A DNA stretch of 64,000 nucleotides from positions 2,016 through 66,015 of the forward strand of contig CAINLT010000094.1 of NCBI GenBank assembly GCA_903850505.1, in the 5' to 3' direction. Positions 27,280 through 37,800 of the stretch are shown piece after piece. Origin of the DNA: an uncultured Myxococcales bacterium. GTDB lineage: Bacteria; Myxococcota_A; UBA9042. How positions within the stretch are numbered: position 1 is the stretch's first letter; every line of letters starts with the position of its first letter. Below the pieces are notes generated by a model. The model did not search any database and was not told the origin of the DNA. It saw only the letters and a program-made list of their open reading frames with translations. The position numbers were made by a program, and so were the translations under genes.

Positions 27280-28323
27280 ATGCCACCCCTGTTTCTCCGC
27301 CACGAGCCCGCCTTGGTCACGCTGCTGGCCGACGTTGAGCAGACCGCCGAATCGCTGCGGCCTCTGCCGGTCGGCTCGCCAGGTGCAGTGACTGAACGGT
27401 CCAAGAGCGGCAACGCCTACTGGTACCGCCAGTTCTACGACGCCGCTGGCCACAAGCGCGACGAATACCTCGGCCCTGTTGGCGATCCTGCCGGCGACGC
27501 GCGCCAGGCTGAGACCCTCGACTGGATCGCCGCCGCCCGCGCCTTGGGTGGCAGCGTTCGCGTTCTGCGCCGCGCAGGATTCCCCGCCGTCGATGGCCGT
27601 ACTGCCGCCACACTGGCCGGTCTCGCCAATGCAGGCATCTTTGCAGCGGGAGCGGTGCTGGTCGGCTCGCACGCGTTCGGGGTGCTCTGCGGCGCGCTGG
27701 GACTTCGGGTCGCCCAGTACAAGACCGAGGACGTGGACGTGGCGCGGCCATACCGCCTGCAGGTGTCGGCGGACGTCTCGACGCTGGGTCTGGCTGCACT
27801 CCTGGCGCGCACCGGCATCGCGTTCGTGGAAGTGCCGTCCATGGATCCACGCCAGCCCGCGGTGTCGCTCAAGCCGCCGGGGGCGGACCGTCTGCGCGTG
27901 GACCTGCTGATGCCCGGCAAGACCTACGGCATCGCGCCCGTCGCCGAGCTGGGCTTCAGCGCGCAGACGTTGCCACAGCTGGATTTCCTGATCGCCCAAC
28001 CGCAGCGCGGCGTGGTGCTGGGTCCCGACTTGGCGATCCCGGTGCTCGTTCCGTCACCGGAGCGGTTTGTCTGGCACAAAGTCTGGACGTCGATTCAGTC
28101 CGACCGCACGCCGGCCGAGGTGGACAAGGACATGGCGCAGGCGCGCGTGTTGCTGGCGGCGCTGGCGGAGCGCGATTCGTCGGCGCTGGAGGCTGCCTTG
28201 CGCGAGATGCCGCGCCGCGAGCAGAAGCGGATTCTGGACCGGCTCCGGCTGGATCTGCCGAGTTTTGCAGTGCATCGCGAAGCGCGTGCGTGGCTGGCCG
28301 ACCTGTGTGGCGAGACACCTTGA
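27280..28323 (+). CDS. Pol-beta-superfamily nucleotidyltransferase-fold protein (AbiEii / GSU2403-like), putative toxin or abortive-infection component
   Basis: The NTase signature is VLVGSHAFGVLCGALGLRVAQYKTEDVDVAR (G-S ... D-x-D). A second acidic site lies in DRLRVDLLMP. The N-terminal segment is SKSGNAYWYRQFYD. The family name is recalled, not searched. Confidence 0.65.
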   Translation: MPPLFLRHEPALVTLLADVEQTAESLRPLPVGSPGAVTERSKSGNAYWYRQFYDAAGHKRDEYLGPVGDPAGDARQAETLDWIAAARALGGSVRVLRRAGFPAVDGRTAATLAGLANAGIFAAGAVLVGSHAFGVLCGALGLRVAQYKTEDVDVARPYRLQVSADVSTLGLAALLARTGIAFVEVPSMDPRQPAVSLKPPGADRLRVDLLMPGKTYGIAPVAELGFSAQTLPQLDFLIAQPQRGVVLGPDLAIPVLVPSPERFVWHKVWTSIQSDRTPAEVDKDMAQARVLLAALAERDSSALEAALREMPRREQKRILDRLRLDLPSFAVHREARAWLADLCGETP

Positions 28324-28383
28324 CCAAGCAACAACAGCCACTGGAATAGCTGTATCGCCGACAAATTAGCATCAGCAGCTAAG

Positions 28384-28668
28384 ATGTTGCCTCTTGCGCT
28401 CAACTCCCTCGACGACATCGCCCGCTCTCTGGCGGAACGCATCCGCGCGCGCCGGCTCGCCGTCAACCTGACCCAAGCCGGCCTCGCAACACGCTCCGGC
28501 GTGACGTTGGCCAGTCTGAAGCGCTTCGAGCGCACCGTCGCCGTCTCGCTGGAATCGCTCATCCGCTTGGCGCTCGCGTTGGACGTCGCCGCGGACTTCC
28601 TGCCGCTGTTCACGGCGCGGCCGGTGCAGTCGCTCGACGCGCTGCAGCGGGTTGCCAGCGTGATGTGA
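28384..28668 (+). CDS. XRE-family helix-turn-helix protein, putative antitoxin or regulator
   Basis: The 94-aa product carries IRARRLAVNLTQAGLATRSGVTLASLKRFERT, a classic Cro/C1-type HTH. Confidence 0.8.
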   Translation: MLPLALNSLDDIARSLAERIRARRLAVNLTQAGLATRSGVTLASLKRFERTVAVSLESLIRLALALDVAADFLPLFTARPVQSLDALQRVASVM

Positions 28669-28784
28669 CGTGCGTTTTGCACGCCAATCCTCGGCCAACA
28701 TCCAACAGGCACCGCTTGCTGCCCGCAAGAATCAACCGCTCGTGACACGATTGAAACGATCGTGGCGACGATGCGTTTTTTGGT

Positions 28785-28813
28785 TTGACGCGCAGCCCGG
28801 TCATTTGTACGTT
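28785..28813 (+). promoter_or_regulatory. Possible sigma-70-like promoter of the giant-protein operon
   Basis: TTGACG at 28785-28790, a 17-nt spacer, then TACGTT at 28808-28813, about 40 nt upstream of GTG 28853. This is a pattern match only. Confidence 0.3.
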
Positions 28814-28852
28814 CGCAACGATCGGCGTGCGGACGCGAGCGAAGGGAGCACC

Positions 28853-31800
28853 GTGAAACAGAACAGCCTTTGGGGCGCCCTGCCAAGCTGGGGCGCCGCT
28901 GCCGTGATCACGCTTGTCGCCTGCTTGCCCAGACCAGCCGCAGCCGCGTGCGACGCCAGCCATCCCGCGGAAGGCTGTTGCGCCGGCGAGAAGATCCGCG
29001 GCTGCGACATCTACAACAACAACATCGACGACGACTGCGACATCTACGCCGGCTACCGGTGCGGGCACGACATTACGACGTCGAACACGGTAACTTGCAG
29101 CAGTCCGTCGATTGTCAATTACACGCCGCGCCAGAACGGCGACAACATTTGGTGCCCCGGCTTTTGCCAGTACGGCTGCTCCGGCAACAGCTGCCCGGGC
29201 ACGTGCACCAGCGATCAGACGTGCAACAACGGCACGTGCGTGGCCAGGGCGTGCGGGCATCCGGGCTACCTGCTGGCGTACTGGAATGATGGCACCAGCT
29301 ACAATCCGTCGCCTGGCCCGGCGGACACGGTGGGGCTCGTTTCGCTGGCGTCGACAACCAACCAAAGATATGGCTACGCGGTGCGCGACAACGGCAAGTT
29401 GGCGTATTGGGGCAGCGACTACGACACGCCCGGGATTTTCGGCGACGCGCACAACACCTCGATTACAAACGCGGTTCAAGTCGCGCCGGCCGCGCTCCAC
29501 GTGACGGTTTTGTTGGCGGACGGCACGCTGGTTGCCTGGAATGGTGCCTACGGCTATGCGCCGCCGGGCTATCAGGTCCAGCCGCCATCGAATTTGACGA
29601 CAGCCGGTGCCAACGTGGTCGCCATTGCAGCCGCCGGCGACGCCACCGGGGCGCTGCGCAGCGACGGCAGTATCGTGCTTTGGGGCGCCGACCTGGCGGG
29701 CAAATTCGCGGCGCTGAACGGCAAGACCGGCTTCAAGGGCATCGCGGCCGGCGGCGACCAGAACTTCATCGGCATCAAGACGGACGGCACCATCGTACAG
29801 GCGGCGGCGGACGGCACCCAGGGCAACAACACGTTCCTGCCCGCGCCTGCGGGGTTGAGCGGCGTCGTCCAGGCCGCGATTTCGACGTCGCGCGCCATTG
29901 CCCTCAAGCAGGACGGCACGGTCGTCACCTGGGGTTCGCAAGCCGTCGGCCCGCCCGGCGATTTGAAGCCGTGCCGCGCCGTCGCCGTGGGAGAATTCGC
30001 CTACGCCGACGCGTTCCTGTGCCTCCAGGTCGACGGCACGCTCCGCGTTTGGGGCAGCTACTACAACGTCAACACCGGCAACTGGACCGGCGGCTTTTCA
30101 GCCGGGACGATGGCCGGCATCAACTCGTTCAAAGGCGTCAATTTCCTCGACCCGCACGGCGTCGCCGTCATCTCGTGCACCGGCTCCTGCGGCGCGATCC
30201 CGCCCGACGGCTGCTGCGACGGCGACAAGGTCCACACGTGCAGCCCGCTCGGCGTCGACCAGGTCAGCACCTGCGCGGCCGGCACCTGCGGTTGGCAGAC
30301 GAGCGCGACCGACTACGAATGCAGCACCGCCGGCACCCCCGCGCCTGGCTTGACGCCCCTCCAGAGCTGCATTTGCGTGCCCAGCTGCAAGAACACGGAC
30401 GGCAGCGTCAAGCAGTGCGGCTCGGACGGCTGCGGCGGATCGTGCGACAAGGGCAGCTGCGACGACGGCGATCCCTGCACGATTTCCGACAAATGCAGTG
30501 GCGAAGTGTGCCTCGGCGGCGGCGCCTACAACTGCAGCGACGGCGACCTGTGCACCGACGACGCGTGCAGCAACCAAAGCGGCGCGGCCAAGTGCAGCCA
30601 CACGCCCAACACCGCGCCGTGTGACGACAGCAACGCGTGCACCAGCAACGACGTGTGCAGTTCCGGCAGCTGCGTGGGCGGCTTGGCCATCGACTGCAAC
30701 GACGGCAACGTGTGCAGCGACGACGCGTGCGACCCGGCCCAAGGATGCGTACACCTGGCTAACAGCGCGACGTGCAGCGACGGCAGCGTGTGCACGATCG
30801 GCGACGTGTGCAGCGGTTTGGCATGCCAAGCGGGCGGCGCGGCGCTCGATTGCGCCGATGGCAACGCGTGCACGGTGGACAGCTGCGATGCGACCGCCGG
30901 CTGCCGGCACGTCGACGCCGACCCGAGCACCGTCTGCGACGACAACAGCAACTGCACCGCCAGCGACCACTGCAGCGGCGGCAAGTGCGCGGGCACGTCC
31001 AACGTCAACTGCGACGACAACAACCCGTGCACCAGCGACAACTGCCTGGACCCGAACACCTGCGCGCCGCATGCCGACATCAACGAAAGCGGCGCATGCA
31101 GCGACGGTAACGCGTGCCACGTGGGCGGCAAGTGCATGGCGGGCGCGTGCAGCGGGCTCACGGCGCAGAACTGCGACGACGGCAATCCGTGCACCGACGA
31201 CGGCTGCGATCCCAAGAGCGGCTGCACGCACGGCAACAACGCGGCGGCCTGCAGCGACAACGATACCTGCACCGCGGGCGACGTGTGCGCGGGCGGATCG
31301 TGCATGTCGGGCGCGGTGGTCAATTGCGACGACAAGAACCCGTGCACCGACGACAGCTGCGACAAGGCGCTGGGCTGCCAGCACGTGGCCAACAGCCAGC
31401 CGTGCGACGACAAGAGCGTGTGCACCCAGACCGACACCTGCGCGGCTGGCCTGTGCGTGGGCGGCAACCTGAAGAGCTGCGACGACGGCCAGCTGTGCAC
31501 CAACGACACGTGCAACGCGCTTCTCGGCTGCCAGCATGCGAGCAACACCGCGCCGTGCGACGACGGCAACGCCTGCACCAAGGGCGACAAATGCTGGCAG
31601 GGCGCGTGCGTCGGCGGGGCCACCCCCAGTTGCAACGACGGCAACAGCTGCACCGACGACAGCTGCGACGCGCAAAACGGCTGCGCGTACAAGGCCAACG
31701 CGGTCGTGTGCAGCGACGGCAATCCGTGCACCTTGGGCGACTCATGCTCGCTGGGCAGCTGCAAACCAGGGGCCACTGGGCTCAACTGCGACGACGGCAA

Positions 31801-34800
31801 TCCGTGCACGACCGACGCGTGCATCGCCGGCAAGGGCTGCACCAACACCAACAACAGCCTGGCGTGCGACGACGGCCAGCTGTGCACCGTGAGCGACACC
31901 TGCGCCGGCGGCAAGTGCGTTGGCGCGGCCAAGCCCTGCAGCGACGGCAACAAGTGCACCGACGACCTGTGCGACAACGCCAAGGGCTGCTGGTTCCCGA
32001 ACAACACCGCGCCGTGCGACGACGGCAACGTCTGCACCAGCGGCGACACGTGCGCGGGCGGCAAGTGCCAGACCGGCGCGCCCAACACGGCGGCGTGCGA
32101 CGACGGCAACCTGTGCACGCTGAGTGATACTTGCAGCGGCGGCACGTGCATCGGCGGCGCGACCAAGCCGTGCGACGACGGCAATCCGTGCACGGCCGAC
32201 TACTGCTCGCCCACCGGCGCCGGACCGAGCGGCTGCTACCACGGCAGCTGGGAAAAAACCGGCGCGAGCTGCGATGACAACAACGCGTGCACGGTCAACG
32301 ACGGCTGCAAAGGCGGCGCCTGCGCTGGTGTAAGTGCGTGCTTGAGCGGCAATTGCCAGTTGGTTGGCGGCGCGCCGACGTGCCCGTGTCCGGCCGGCTA
32401 CAAGTCCATCCCGTACGACAACAGCGCGGTCAATTACTGCTGCCACCCCGACTGCAGCAACAAGAGCTGTGGCCCGGACGGCTGCGGCGGTGTGTGCCCC
32501 AACACGTGCACGGACCAGGAAAACTGCAGCTTCGACACGGATTACCACTGCATGCCCAAGACCGCCTGCTACGGCAAGGCGCCCGTCGGCGCGGGCTGCT
32601 GCGTGGGCGATACGCTGTCGCGCTGCTTTGCCCCGAAGGCGCTCTACAGCTGGGACTGCGCGGCGCAAGGCAAGCACTGCGGCTGGAACTCGGGCGACTA
32701 CCAGTACGAATGCACCACTGAAGGCGCGACCGACCCCAGCGGCGCCCACCCGTTCCTCTGCCCCGGCGCCACCTGCACGCCCAACTGCAGCGGCAAGAAC
32801 TGCGGCCCGGACGGCTGCGGCGGCACTTGCGGCACCTGCCAGAGTGAGTGGGTCTGCGACTACAGCGCGGGCAAATGCACCCACCCGTGCGACGGCGTAG
32901 TGCCTCTGCAGGGCTGCGTCGCGGGCCAATTGAACGGCGCGGACGTGGTCGAGTCCTGCCCTGACATGTACGCCAAGGCCAGCGCGGTCGGCCAGAGCGT
33001 GTGCGACCCGCAATTCCCCGCCGCGTGGGATCCCAAGTCCAAGCACATCCTGTGCAGCGCCGGCTACCCCATTCCGGCCGGCGTCACCAAGGCGTGCCCG
33101 GTCCAGGCGTGCAGCTGCGGCATCGGCGTGTTCCACCACAACTGCGGCGACAACGGCTGCGGCGGCTCTTGCGGCACGTGCAGCGGCGCGGACGTCTGCC
33201 ACGACGGCAACTGCTGCACGCCCAACTGCACCGGCAAGGTCTGCGGCGACGACGGTTGCGGCGGCTCCTGCGGCTCCTGTCCCACCGGCAAGCAGTGCAT
33301 GGCCAGCGGCAACTGCGCGGTCCCCGAGTGCGCCGACATGTACGCGCCCACGGGCCAGTGCTACGGCACGCCGGCCAACACCGCGTTCAAGAATTCCGTT
33401 TCGTACTGCACGCAAAATGCGAAGGTTTCGACCGTCTGCCCCGCCGGTTCGTCCATGTGCTTGAACGGAAGCCTCAGCACGTGCATGTTCTCCGAGAGCA
33501 GCTTCAAGTGGCTCAACGGCGGCCTGAGCTGGACGTCGTTTGCCAGCAACTCCTGCGCCGCCCGCATCAGCGAGTTCCAGTGCGCCAAGACCGCGACCGG
33601 CTCCGTCTGCGAATGCGACCCGGGATGCGTGCAGGAAGGCAACTGCTGCCCCGACTACGCGGCGGTGTGCGGGGCCAAGCACAATCCGCAGCAGTGCGGC
33701 GACGGCACGTGCGCCAGCGACCGGGGCGAAACGTGCGAGACGTGCAAGGCGGACTGCGGCGCTTGCACGGCGACGACCAAGCCGGAAGGCCCGTGGGCGA
33801 TGCCGTATCCGGCGTACATCGAGTCGCAAGGCAACCCAGATGCGCGGGCGGTGCGTGCGATTCGGCCGCTGGACGACGTTCGGCCGCAAGTGCCGCCGCT
33901 GCCGCTCGAGGGCCTGGTGGCGTACGTGCCGGGGCTGGATGCCGCGCAGACGGCGCCTGGGGCGCAGGTCAAGGTGCAAGCGGCCAAGGCGGGCGGCGCG
34001 GCGACAGCGCTCAAGACGGGCGGCGTGCAAGGCGACGCGATTTCGTTCAGCAACGCGGCGGACCAGAGCAATGGCGGCGTCGTGAGCATGATTCCGGACG
34101 TGCTGCTGCCCCATGCGGCGAGCTACGCCACGCACCAGCCGGGCGGCGTGACGATCGCGGGCTGGGTACGGACGGCGACGGGTTCGCAGGCGCACCCGAA
34201 CGTGCTCGGGGCCGCGCGCTACCCGGGCACGACCGGCGCGACCAAGTGCACCTGGAGCCGGCCGCAGGAAGCCGCCGCGCCCATCTCGTGCGGCAGCGGC
34301 AAGATCGTGGCCATCCAGGCGTATTACGGCGAGGTGAGCAAGTCCCGCTTTCCGCCCTACACGAACGGCGACCAGAGCCTGTCATCGGCGTCCTGTGACC
34401 TGCTGCCGCAGCTGGAGCCGACCCACAAGTGCGAGGACGCGGCGGTGCAGGCGCTGGCGGAGAAGGCGTGCCTCGGCAAGGCGTCGTGCTGGGTCGATCC
34501 GTGGCCGGAAGCGCTGGATCCGTGCTCGAGCGCGCCGCATAAGCCGATGAAGTCGACGCTGCTGCTGCGCGCGGTGTGCGATGCCGCGACGCCGAATGCG
34601 GGCGCGACGCTGGCGGTGGAAGCGGCAAGCGATGGCGGCCGGCTGCGCTTTGACGCCCCGGGGCTGCCGGCGCTGGTCAGCCAGGGCGAGTTCCCGCAGC
34701 ACGCCTGGACGCACGTGGCGCTCGTGTTTTCGCCGCACAAGGGCTCGCAGGACGGCACGGTGACGCTGTTTGTCAACGGCAGTCCGCAAGCGCAGCTGGA

Positions 34801-37800
34801 AGGCTACGGCTTTCCGCGCTTTTACCAGTGGGATTGGGGTGTTGGCCACGTCGCGGGCGCGGAGGCCGGCTGGGACGGTTTCCTGGATCCGGGCGTCAGC
34901 ACGCAGACGCCGAACCTGACGGGCCATTTCGACCTGGACAACGCGGTGCTGTACGACCGGCCGCTGCAAACGGCGCAGCTGGTGAGCCTCGTCAGCCAGC
35001 CAAACGTGGGGACGGTGCGGGTGTGGCCGGCGTTGGATGCGCCGCGCGTGGCCAAGCTGGGCCTGTGGGCAAATGGGGGCACGCCGGCGACGACGGCCGT
35101 CAAGCTGGATCAGCTGGTGGATCCGACGACGGGCGCCGGGCTTGCCGCGGACTTCCAGGCGCTCACCGTGCCAGGCGGCCAGTTCCAGGCGCCCGCGGAA
35201 GGCAGCGACTTGACCGGCTTGCAGAATTTCGCCGTGGGTTCGTGGATCCGCGCCAGCAGCCTCAGCGCCGGCAGCACCTTGTGGCAGTTCACCCAGGGCT
35301 CGACCACGCGGTTGAAGCTCAGCGTCGACACCACCTGCAGCGGCAGCGGCATCAAGGCGGAAACGGCCAGCGGCACGGTGACTTCCACTACGTGCGCGCA
35401 CGCGCTGCAGGCCAACGCGTGGGCGTTCGTCGCGTACGTCCAGTCCGGCAGCACTGGCAGCGTGTTCATCGACGGCGCGAAGCTCGGCTCCGCCACGGTC
35501 GGCGCACCGCTCTTTGACTCCAGCGGCACGGGCGCGCGCAAGTTCAGCACCGGCGCCGGGGTGGACCTCGGCTGGAGCGCCTTGTACAGCCGGGCCTTGA
35601 CGGCGGACGAACTGACCGCGCAGGCAAGCCAGGGACCCGCCGTGTGGCTCGACGGCTCGTACTTCCAGCCCACGGGCGCAGCAACCGCCAAGCTCCGCGA
35701 TTTCGCCCTCTTCCGCAACGTCGGCACCAGCGCGGTCACCGGCGTCGCGCGGGCCTACGCGAACGGGTCCCAGGTCACCGGCAGCAGCCAGCTCAGCGCG
35801 GCGACCGTCATCGTGCCACGCACCGGCCGCTTCCACGCCGGCGTCGTCAACGGCACTGTCAGTTCGGGCACGACCTCCTACACGTGGGTCGGCACGGTCT
35901 CGGTGGACCCCAAGATCGACAAGACCTACCCGCTCTTCCGGCGCGGCGACGGGACGTACACCGACGACCGGGTGACGCTCGTCTGCACCAAGCTCACGTT
36001 GCAGGACGGCACGGGCGTCGGCTGCCACGTCGACGGCGCGATCCAGTTCACGTACAGCGGGACCGCGCTGCATACGCACGTGTCGTCGGAGACGTTCTCG
36101 CTGGTTTCGGGCGTCCCGCAACCGGTGCGGCTGGCGGTGGCGCTCACTGGCGACACGTTCGCGGCGGCGCTGTCCGTCGCGCCGTCGTCAAATGCCGCGG
36201 CGTTCCAGCTCGGTTTGGGCACGGACACGTTGACGGACCACGCGTCGCACCTGCTGCACATGACCAACCTGGGGCCGCAGACGGAGGCGATGGCGCCGCT
36301 GCTCTTGACCACGCCGTGGGATGGCATCCTGCTCGACGGCGCCACGAGCGACGCTTGGCTGGACATGCGGCTGTACGCGCGGGCGCTGGGCGACGCGGAA
36401 CTGCGGGAAGTGGCGGCGGTCGGCTGTGCGGCGGACGCATGCGACGATCGGCTGCGGACGTGCACGCTGGCCGGACTCGGCGCCGGCGTAAGCTTCATGG
36501 CCCCGGCCGGCCTCGCCACCTGCACCGGCTGCCAGAGCACGGCGTTTGAAGTCAACGCCACGTGCCTGCCCAAGGGCGGCTTCCGGGAAGCCTGCTCGTA
36601 CGCCGACGACTGCGTAAGCGGCCTGTGCGTGCACGGTCACTGCCGCTCCACCAGCGCCGATGCGGACTGCGCCGCCGGCTGCCTGAAGTTGGGCCACGCC
36701 TGCCAGGCCATGACGAGCGGCGGCTACGAATGCGGCCCCGCCTGCCTGACCGACTTCACCGCCGGCGTGTACGCGGCCGACCCGATCTCCGGCGAACAGG
36801 TCCTCGCGTGCGCGTGGCATCCGGCCAAGGACACCCTGGATCGCTGCAGCGCGCACGAGGACTGCGGCTCCGGCGTGTGCTCCGACCAGACGTCCGCCGC
36901 GTACAACGTCACCAACACGGACACCAAGCTCACGGCGCCCGTTTATTCGAACAGCGGCGGCTACGGCGTGAGCACCGGCACCACCGGCCCGCTCGAAACC
37001 TGCACCAGCGCGGACCAGTGCGCCAAGGTCAGCCACACGTCCATCACGGAAAAAGTGTGCGCCGCCGAGACCAACGCCGCATGCGCCGCGCAGCTGATGC
37101 AATCGCGCGTCGTGCACACGACATCGTGGGACGGCACGAGCAAGGACGGCTACGTGTGCGAGGGCTGCCTGAGCGACACCTACCAGGGCGACGCTGGCGA
37201 TCCCAACAACGGCAAACCGCTCTACGTCCAGGGCTGGTCGCTGCTGGCGCCGGACGCGTGCCGCAAGGTGTACGAAAACTACTTCGCGCTTTTGAACAAC
37301 GGCGTGGTCACGGTCGGGTCGAGCAGCTACCACAGCAATTCCGACGGCTGGGAGGATTCGACCCGGCTGGCGAACATGGGCGACATTTTGGCCCATCCGC
37401 CGGAGCTTTCGCGGCTGCGCAAGCTGGTGCTGAACGATGGCAATCCGACCAGCGCGGTGACGCCGGCGATTCTGTCGCAGCTGGAGCAGGCGGGCGTTGG
37501 GCGGCTGCTCCTGGACCCGAACCTCAAGCCGTGGGCGTACGACTACGGGTTTTATCCCACGGCCTTCAACGGCTATTTGGAAACCTCCCTGCGGCCGGCG
37601 CAGAACCGGCTCGGCGACTGCGCGCGCAAATCCTACGATTTCACCAACTACGAAGGCTGGCCCGGCGGCCACGTGACCAAGACGCCGTACTACGACCGCG
37701 ACGTGAACCGGCCGGTGTGCCTGGAAAACAAGTTCCCCAACGGCGCGACCTGCCCGCCCGCCAGCACGGTCAAGACGTACACGCGAGCCAACTCCGGGCT

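Noticed and set aside
25184-28886. Minus-strand ORFs 25184..26230, 27250..27999 and 28095..28886, plus several short ones
   Set aside because: They are antisense to the STAND, NTase and HTH genes, Arg/Gly/Ala-rich, and carry no motifs.
30458-32340. Strong ~115-nt periodicity that could superficially suggest a CRISPR or other non-coding array
   Set aside because: The repeats are in-frame protein modules with conserved Cys positions and variable third codon positions. There is no repeat-spacer structure.
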